A stretch of DNA of 64,000 nucleotides from Eledone cirrhosa (taxonomy: Eukaryota), in contig OZ024748.1 of assembly GCA_964016885.1 (NCBI GenBank), forward strand, positions 49,600,001-49,664,000. The letters are read 5' to 3'. Below, piece by piece: positions 55,031 to 64,000 of the stretch. Each line of letters begins with the position of its first letter. Position 1 is the stretch's first letter. A program made the translations under genes and the position numbers. Below the pieces are notes generated by a model. The model was given only the letters and a program-made list of their open reading frames with translations. It did no database searches and had not been told where the DNA came from.

Positions 55031-55963
55031 GTGGCCACTACAAAGAATCAAATACTGTGGCCAGCAGCTGCTACAAAGAATCAAATACTGTGGCCAGCAG
55101 CTGCTACAAAGAATCAAATACTGTGGCCAGCAGCCACTACAAAGAATCAAATACTGTGGCTAGCAGTCACTACAAAGAGTCAAACACTGTGGCCAGCAGC
55201 CACTACAAAGAGCCAAACACTGTGGCCAGCAGCCACTACAAAGAGTCAAACACTGTGGCCAGCAGCCACTACAAAGAGTCAAACACTGTGGCCAGCAGCC
55301 ACTACAAAGAATCAAACACTGTGGCCAGCAGCTGCTACAAAGAATCAAACACTGTGGCCAGCAGCTGCTACAAAGAATCAAACACTGTGGCCAGCAGCTG
55401 CTACAAAGAGTCAAACACTGTGGCCAGCAGCTGCTTCAAAGAATCAGAGACTGTGGCCAGCAGCTGCTACAAGGAATCAAACACTGTGGCCAACAGCCAC
55501 TACAAGGAATCAAACACTGTGGCCAGCAGCTGCTACAAAGAGTCAAACACTGTGGCCAGCAGCTGCTACAAAGAATCAAACACTGTGGCCAGCAGCTGCT
55601 ACAAGGAATCAAACACTGTGGCCAGCAGCTACTACAGACAATCAAACACTGTGGCCAACAGCCACTACAAAGAATCAAACTCTGTGGCCAGCAGTTGCTA
55701 CAAAGAATCAAACACTGTGGCCAGCAGTTGCTACAAGGAATCAAACACTGTGGCCAGCAGCTGCTACAAAGAATCAAACACTGTGGCCAGCAGCTGCTAC
55801 AGAGAATCAAACTCTGTGGCCAGCAGCTGCTACAAAGAATCAAACACTGTGGCCAGCAGCTGCTACAAAGAATCAAACTCTGTGGCCAGCAGCTGCTACA
55901 AAGAATCAAACTCTGTGGCCAGCAGCTGCTACAAAGAATCAAACACTGTGGCCAGCAGTTGCT
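55031..55963. repeat. 33-bp minisatellite, about 28 copies
   Basis: Unit aagaatcaaacactgtggccagcagctgctaca. Confidence 0.95.
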
Positions 55964-57005
55964 ACTCCACACCATACTATGGTAGTGTCTCACCTGCTAC
56001 TCCACACCATACAGTGGTAGTGTCTCACCTGCTACTCTACACCATACTGTGGTAGTGTCTCACCTGCTACTCCACACCATACAATGGTAGTGTCTCACCT
56101 GCTACTCCACACCATACAGTGGTAGTGTCTCACCTGCTACTCCACACCATACAATGGTAGTGTCTCACCTGCTACTCCACACCATACAGTGGTAGTGTCT
56201 CACCTGCTACTCCACACCATACAGTGGTAGTGTCTCACCAGCTACTCCACACCATACAGTGGTAGTGTCTCACCTGCTACTCCACACCATACAGTGGTAG
56301 TGTCTCACCTGCTACTCCACACCATACAGTGGTAGTGTCTCACCTGCTACTCCACACCATACAGTGGTAGTGTCTCACCTGCTACTCCACACCATACAGT
56401 GGTAGTGTCTCACTTGATACTCCACACCATACAGTGGTAGTGTCTCACCTGCTACTCCACACCATACAATGGTAGTGTCTCACCTGCTACTCCACACTAT
56501 ACAGTGGTAGTGTCTCACCTGCTACTCCACACCATACAGTGGTAGTGTCTCACCTGCTACTCCACACCATACAGTGGTAGTGTCTCACCTGGTACTCCAC
56601 ACCATACAGTGGTAGTGTCTCACCTGCTACTCCACACCATACAGTGGTAGTGTCTCACCTGCTACTCCACACCATACAGTGGTAGTGTCTCACCTGCTAC
56701 TCCACACCATACAGTGGTAGTGTCTCACCTGCTACTCCACACCATACAGTGGTAGTGTCTCACCTGCTACTCCACACCATACTATGGTAGTGTCTCACCT
56801 GCTACTCCACACCATACAGTGGTAGTGTCTCACCTGCTACTCCACACTATACAGTGGTAGTGTCTCACCTGCTACTCCACACCATACAGTGGTAGTGTCT
56901 CACCTGCTACTCCACACCATACAGTGGTAGTGTCTCACCTGCTACTCCACACCATACAGTGGTAGTGTCTCACCTGCTACTCCACACCATACAGTGGTAG
57001 TGTCA
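55961..57005. repeat. 35-bp minisatellite, about 30 copies
   Basis: Unit gctactccacaccatacagtggtagtgtctcacct. Confidence 0.95.
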
Positions 57006-57068
57006 CAACTGCTTCCCAAACGCCAAATGTATCAATTTGTCGTCTATTTACTCTATTTTGTGTTGTAG

Positions 57069-57276
57069 GCTGCATCAGGAACAGGTTTGGCTTTTATTGT
57101 GTTTGCTCAGGCAATTGTTGAATTTGGTCCATCCTCACCCTTCTGGTCGTTCATCTTCTTCCTCATGCTCCTTGCTCTCGGTCTTGGTACCGAGTTTGCT
57201 ACACTCGAGGGAATCGCTACTTCGATCAGAGATTCTTCTCCATATGAATGGACGAAGCAAAAATGGAAGTTGTCTG
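57069..57276 (+). CDS. SLC6 transporter EL4-TM8 exon, alternative copy A
   Basis: tgttgtag| acceptor, 208 nt, phase 0/1. Translates [69 protein letters not shown]. Donor G|gtaaat. Confidence 0.92.
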
Positions 57277-57455
57277 GTAAATTTCACCTCTAATTTTTGT
57301 TTTATTAAATTGTATGTTTTTGTATGTTTTTTATATTACATATTTTTATGAAAAAAATTATTTTTCAAATATCTAAAACACTGAAAAATCTTAAAATCTC
57401 TTCTTTACATCTTTCTCTCTCTTTATTTTTTCCATCTAATTGTTATCTATTCCAG

Positions 57456-57663
57456 GCTGCTCAGGGTACAGGGTTAGCGTTCATTGTATTTACTCAGGCC
57501 ATTCTTGAGTTTGGCGATTCCGCTCCGTTCTGGTCAATCATCTTCTTTTTAATGCTTCTCGCTCTCGGTCTTGGTACGGAGTTTGCAACAATCGAAGGGG
57601 TCGCTACATCCCTGAGAGATGTTGCTCCTTTTGAATGGATGAAGAAACGCTGGTTACTCTCTG
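57456..57663 (+). CDS. SLC6 transporter EL4-TM8 exon, alternative copy B
   Basis: ctattccag| acceptor, 208 nt, phase 0/1. Translates [69 protein letters not shown]. Donor G|gtaaac. Confidence 0.92.
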
Positions 57664-57778
57664 GTAAACAACTACAACAAATAAAAACAGCAATAAATCT
57701 TCTTTTATTATTGTTGTCATTGTCATCAAGCCCTTAGTAATTAATCAATGGCAGCTAGTCTTTTTAGTTGTAGAAGCA

Positions 57779-57813
<35 letters not shown>

Positions 57814-58043
57814 TTATCATAACAAATAACAATAATAATGATGTCTAATTTAGACACAAAGCCAGTAATTTTTTGGGGTGAAGGAAAGTCGATTAAATCG
57901 ATCCCAGTGCATTACTGGTACTTTATTTTATCCTTATGGGATCGATAAAATAAAAATAATGAACCAGTAACAAACTGGGGTTGATTTAATTGAGTTTCCT
58001 TTCCCTTCCCCAAATTGTTGGCCTTGTGCCTAAATCAGAAAAC

Positions 58044-58088
<45 letters not shown>

Positions 58089-58589
58089 TCTTATGATTGA
58101 CATTTGTTGTGTTATTAGTAGCCTTCCTTTCCTAGTTTGTTATTTTCATTACCTTTTGATTGCTGATATCTTCCTTATTTATTCCTTTAGCCTAATTATT
58201 ATTTGATTATCACTGTAGCCTTATTTCTGCACCTTGTATTCAGCCATTTACCTGTAACATCTCTTATGTTCATTTGATAAATAACAAAGCCAATTTTTGG
58301 CAGCTAAGATGGCAGTAAAATGGTGATGGTTGTTATAGTTTATAATCAATGGATTCACACCTGAAAATATTCATTTTATCAACTTTGGTGGTGTGTATGC
58401 CTTTTGTCTCTGTGTCCATCATCATCATCGTTTAATGTCTATTTTCTCTGCTAGTAAGGGTTGGACATATCGTCACACAACAATGAGTATTCAAGTAGAG
58501 CTTGAAATACACTCTATTTCATTTAATTAGGAGTGAAGAATGGAGAATTTGGAGGGATTAATTAACTAAAATTATTAATTATTTCATTA

Positions 58590-58777
58590 GGGCAGTGGAT
58601 TGGCAGTATCGGTAGAGGGTCGGACGCCATGCTTTCCAGCATAGTTACGTCCCTTTACGATCTGAGTTCAAATCCCGCCGAGGTTGACTTTGCCTTTCAT
58701 CCTTACGGGGTCGATAAAATAAAGTACCAGTAATGCACTGGGTAATTGCTGGCCTTGTGCCTAAAGTAGAAACAATT
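58590..58777 (+). mobile_element. SINE family A
   Basis: Matches the consensus. Direct repeat aattattaattatttcattag on both sides. Confidence 0.9.
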
Positions 58778-59179
58778 ATTAATTATTTCATTAGTAAGGT
58801 GGCATTTGTGACATAGTTTAACAAATAATTTTGATATCTAATAATATTGGAAGATTTTACTTTAAATTGGAACCCTTAAAAATGAGGGGGTTCTGGTAGA
58901 TTGCTATAAAAAGGGTTGAACATGTGTGTGTCCGTCTGTGTGTGTGTGTATATGTGTGTGTGTGGGTGGTTATATACATAGTGACAAACCGTCCGACCCT
59001 TCCTAGAAGGAGAAACAGATGTTAAACAATGATGATGATGATGATGATGATGATTGTATTATAAATGCAAGCAGTGTCCATTTATATTCTGTGTTCAAAT
59101 CCCGTCACTGTTGATAAAATAAGTAATCAATCAGGTACCACACCACCACTACCACCACCACCACCATAGCCACTGCCAT

Positions 59180-60175
59180 CACAACCATGACCCCCCCACC
59201 CCCCATCATAAGGGCCACCAACCACCACCACCTTCACTATCACCACCGCCATCATAACCATGACCCGTCCCCCATCATAATGACCACCACCACCACTATC
59301 ACCACCGCCATCACAACCATGACCCGCCCTCCCCATCATAATGACCACCACCACCACCACCACCATGACCCGCCCTCCCCATCATAATGACCACCACCAC
59401 CACCACCACCATGACCCGCCCTCCCCATCATAATGACCACCACCCTCCCCATCATAATGACCACCACCACCACCACCATGACCCACCCTCCCCATCATAA
59501 TGACCACCACCACCACCACCACCACCATGACCCGCCCTCCCCATCATAATGACCACCACCACCACCACCACCATGACCCACCCTCCCCATCATAATGACC
59601 ACCACCACCACCACCACCACCATGACCCGCCCTCCCCATCATAATGACCACCACCACCACCACCACCACCATGACCCGCCCTCCCCATCATAATGACCAC
59701 CACCACCACCACCACCATGACCCACCCTCCCCATCATAATGACCACCACCACCACCACCACCACCATGACCTGCCCTCCCCATCATAATGACCACCACCA
59801 CCACCACCATGACCCGCCCTCCCCATCATAATGACCACCACCACCACCACCACCACCATGACCCACCCTCCCCATCATAATGACCACCACCACCACCATG
59901 ACCCGCCCTCCCCATCATAATGACCACCACCACCACCACCACCATGACCCACCCTCCCCATCATAATGGCCACCACCACCACCACCATGACCCGCCCTCC
60001 CCATCATAATGACCACCACCACCACCACCACCACCATGACCCACCCTCCCCATCATAATGACCACCACCACCACCATGACCCGCCCTCCCCATCATAATG
60101 ACCACCACCACCACCACCACCACCATGACCCACCCTCCCCATCATAATGACCACCACCACCACCACAACCACCAT
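59180..60175. repeat. Minisatellite with variable internal (ACC)n
   Basis: Unit atgacccgccctccccatcataatg(acc)n. Confidence 0.9.
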
Positions 60176-60498
60176 AAAGTTTGTGGCTTTATGTCCAATT
60201 TAGAAACGACTATAAATCCCTGCCAGAGTCTTGTCAATTATCTCCGGTTTATTATATTTTCTTCCATAGTTATCACTGTGTCTTTGGTATTCACTAGTTC
60301 TAGATTGTTCTAGATTGTTCTTCACTGTCCAGCTTGTCATATTCTATATTTCACACCCAGTCACGTGTCTACAGAGTTAGTGTCCTGATGTTTTAACTAT
60401 TGTGGAGAGCCTTTTGTAAAAACAAAACAAAAGGGCCGTAAAAGTAAAGACAAACTTTCTTCTTGTAGTTGCTTTGGGATTAGGAGTCCTTGAAACTT

Positions 60499-61018
60499 CA
60501 GAAGTGAACATAAAGTTACCTCTGGAGCCTCTCTGAGATTAGGGACTCTGTTATGAGGACCTCATTGCAACTTGGTGGGGCCTCAGAAGTAAACATAAAG
60601 TTACCTCTGGAGCCTCTCTGAGATTAGGGACTCTGTTATGAGGACCTCATTGCAACTTGGTGGGGCCTCAGAAGTAAACATAAAGTTACCTCTGGAGCCT
60701 CTCTGAGATTAGGGACTCTGTTATGAGAACCTCATTGCAACTTGGTGGGGCCTCAGAAGTAAACATAAAGTTACCTCTGGAGCCTCTCTGAGATTAGGGA
60801 CTCTGTTATGAGAACCTCATTGCAACTTGGTGGGGCCTCAGAAGTAAACATAAAGTTACCTCTGGAGCCTCTCTGAGATTAGGGACTCTGTTATGAGAAC
60901 CTCATTGCAACTTGGTGGGGCCTCAGAAGTAAACATAAAGTTACCTCTGGAGCCTCTCTGAGATTAGGGACTCTGTTATGAGGACCTCATTGCAACTTGG
61001 TGGGGCCTCAGAAGTGAA
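60499..61018. repeat. 85-bp minisatellite, about 6 copies
   Basis: Unit begins cagaagtaaacataaagttacctctgg. Period 85. Confidence 0.95.
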
Positions 61019-61259
61019 CCCTAAATTACGTAGGGTCCCTGAAGTTTGAACTGTTAATGTTACTAAAGCTTATGTGCTATTAGTTTCCCAGTAGACTCGC
61101 CACTGTTCACTTCACTATCAACATTCCACCCTGCAACTATGTTATATGTTAATTTGGTAAAACTTATTCTATATGTGTATGTGTCTGTATTTGTATCTGT
61201 GTCTCTATCTGTGTCTGTGTCTGTGTGAGTGTATTCATCCATTGCTAGTGCTATTGGAT

Positions 61260-61306
<47 letters not shown>

Positions 61307-62117
61307 CACACGCACACGCACACACACACATGTATGTGTGAACATGTATGCACATTGTTATTGATTATGAACTTTTGTTGATTAAAAAGAGGTTGAGTAT
61401 TGTATTATATTTCTTTTAAATAAAAATGCGTTGTCCATAACAATATATTCCATTTATACTCATACACACCATTTATACTCATATATAAGTCACAGTGATA
61501 GAAAAATTACATGCCACACTCACTTTTGAGTATATCATATTTTGGCTTTAACTTTTGACCTGTACATAAGTCATATGCTGCTTTTCAGAAATGTTATTTG
61601 CAACTTAATCTGTGGTTGCATTTCATTTTTAACACCCTGCAATGATTTATCATGTACTATACATGCACCTTTGATGAGTTGTAGTGCACCTGAGCACTTT
61701 ACACAATAATTTGATTATTATTATATTATTATCAGCCCTTTCTAAGAATGGGTTTGTTATAATTCAAATGTTTACAGCAACTTTACTAGTGGATAGAATG
61801 TTGTGAACATTTGTAGTTCATAATGTAATGCAGCTATAGTGCTGTTTTATATTGTTTAAAGAATATGTTACTGATACAGTTTCATGTGGCATATATAGTA
61901 CGGTAAGAATAAAATAACAAAAAAAGGGGCCGAAATAACCCCCAAATTTGCCATTGCAGTCTAATAAAGTCCCAAAATCTAATGTGTTTGTAGAATCTCC
62001 ACCTGTAACAAACATATCAAGTGATACTTTAAAAAAGTCACCATTCTGTTCCTGATTGAATGAAGATATATACAATATTGGAAATTGGATTACAGTTAGT
62101 CAATACAGGACTGAACA

Positions 62118-63360
62118 TGTGTGTTTGATGGATGGAGAAACTACCAGCCAGCCAATACAGGGTTCATCTTGTGTGTTTGATGGATGGAGAAACTACCAGC
62201 CAGCCAATACAGGGTTCATCTTGTGTGTTTGATGGATGGAGAAACTACCAGCCAGCCAATACAGGGTTCATCTTGTGTGTTTGATGGATGGAGAAACTAC
62301 CAGCCAGCCAATACAGGGTTCATCTTGTGTGTTTGATGGATGGAGAAACTACCAGCCAGCCAATACAGGGTTCATCTTGTGTGTTTGATGGATGGAGAAA
62401 CTATCAGCCAGCCAATACAGGGTTCATCTTGTGTGTTTGATGGATGGAGAAACTATCAGCCAGCCAAAACAGGGTTCATCTTGTGTGTTTGATGGATGGA
62501 GAAACTACCAGCCAGCCAATACAGGGTTCATCTTGTGTGTTTGATGGATGAAGAAACTATCAGCCAGCCAATACAGGGTTCATCTTGTGTGTTTGATGGA
62601 TGGAGAAACTACCAGCCAGCCAATACAGGGTTCATCTTGTGTGTTTGATGGATGGAGAAACTACCGGCCAGCCAATACAGGGTTCATCTTGTGTGTTTCA
62701 TAGATGGAGAAACTACCAGCCAGCCAATACAGGGTTCATCTTGTGTGTTTGATGGATGGAGAAACTACCAGCCAGCCAATACAGGGTTCATCTTGTGTGT
62801 TTGATGGATGGAGAAACTACCAGCCAGCCAATACAGGGTTCATCTTGTGTGTTTGATGGATGGAGAAACTACCAGCCAGCCAATACAGGGTTCATCTTGT
62901 GTGTTTGATGGATGGAGAAACTACCAGCCAGCCAATACAGGGTTCATCTTGTGTGTTTGATGGATGGAGAAACTACCAGCCAGCCAATACAGGGTTCATC
63001 TTGTGTGTTTGATGGATGGAGAAACTACCAGCCAGCCAATACAGGGTTCATCTTGTGTGTTTGATGGATGGAGAAACTACCAGCCAGCCAATACAGGGTT
63101 CATCTTGTGTGTTTGATGGATGGAGAAACTACCAGCCAGCCAATACAGGGTTCATCTTGTGTGTTTGATGGATGGAGAAACTACCAGCCAGCCAATACAG
63201 GGTTCATCTTGTGTGTTTGATGGATGGAGAAACTACCAGCCAGCCAATACAGGGTTCATCTTGTGTGTTTGATGGATGGAGAAACTATCAGCCAGCCAAT
63301 ACAGGGTTCATCTTGTGTGTTTGATGGATGGAGAAACTATCAGCCAGCCAATTCAGGGCT
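62118..63360. repeat. 52-bp minisatellite, about 24 copies
   Basis: Unit gtgtttgatggatggagaaactaccagccagccaatacagggttcatcttgt. Confidence 0.95.
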
Positions 63361-63633
63361 GAGCTTGTGTGTTTCATATACAAGGAAAGTATCAGCCAGC
63401 CAATATAGGGCTGAGCTATTGTGCTTCATATACAGGGAAAGTATCTATATACATTCATGGGACTATGTCAGAAGCAAGTTTGTTTCATAGTAGAATTGAA
63501 TTCTACTTAAGCAGTTAACTCACACATGTGACATCAACATTTATTTGTTTACTGCTCTGATATTCATACACTAAATAGTGACATTATCAGATAGACCTAT
63601 ATTCTCAATAATTGTATATATATATATATATAT

Positions 63634-63759
<126 letters not shown>

Positions 63760-64000
63760 TGTGTGTGTTTTTAAGATATGCTGCAAATTTCAAGCCTAGC
63801 AAAAGGTCCAGCAAATAAGTTGGAGATAAATTTTTCATGTCTTTTTTTTAATTTTTATTTTATTTTAGTAAAAATAACTGTGACTTATGAGTATATATGG
63901 TAAAATGAATATCAATATTTGTTTATAAGCAATGATAATTTCTCTCTATTGACTGTAGTCCCGATTGAGGATATTCAGACTCTTTATTACATGTATTATT

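Noticed and set aside
55031-56055. ORFs with 11-aa repeats (WPAAATKNQTL)
   Set aside because: 33-bp intronic minisatellite open in several frames, with no splice sites linking it to the gene.
57069-57663. Duplicate exon as an assembly or haplotype artefact
   Set aside because: The copies differ at many synonymous sites and their flanking introns are unrelated, unlike allelic duplication.

Overview
Eukaryotic, AT-rich, repeat-dense animal genomic DNA. The SINE/LINE and microsatellite repertoire suggests an octopus or other coleoid cephalopod (inference). The only host gene I can support is the internal part (about TM2-TM8) of a + strand SLC6 Na+-dependent amino acid transporter of the SLC6A15/17/19 (B0AT-like) branch, with phase-compatible exons at 23976-24430, 28911-29021, 46065-46306 and 50677-50827. 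These are followed by two tandem paralogous 208-nt exons (57069-57276 and 57456-57663) that look mutually exclusive. I found neither the TM1 exon nor the TM9-12 exons. The rest is non-coding: two tRNA-derived SINE families, CR1-like, RTE-like, R4/Dong-like and Penelope-like retroelement fragments, MITEs, about 10 minisatellite arrays and many microsatellites. Almost all long ORFs in the track are repeat artefacts. Two findings stand out: the mutually exclusive EL4-TM8 exon pair, and short fold-back elements in (TA)n tracts that carry minimal type I hammerhead ribozyme motifs, in some cases on both strands.
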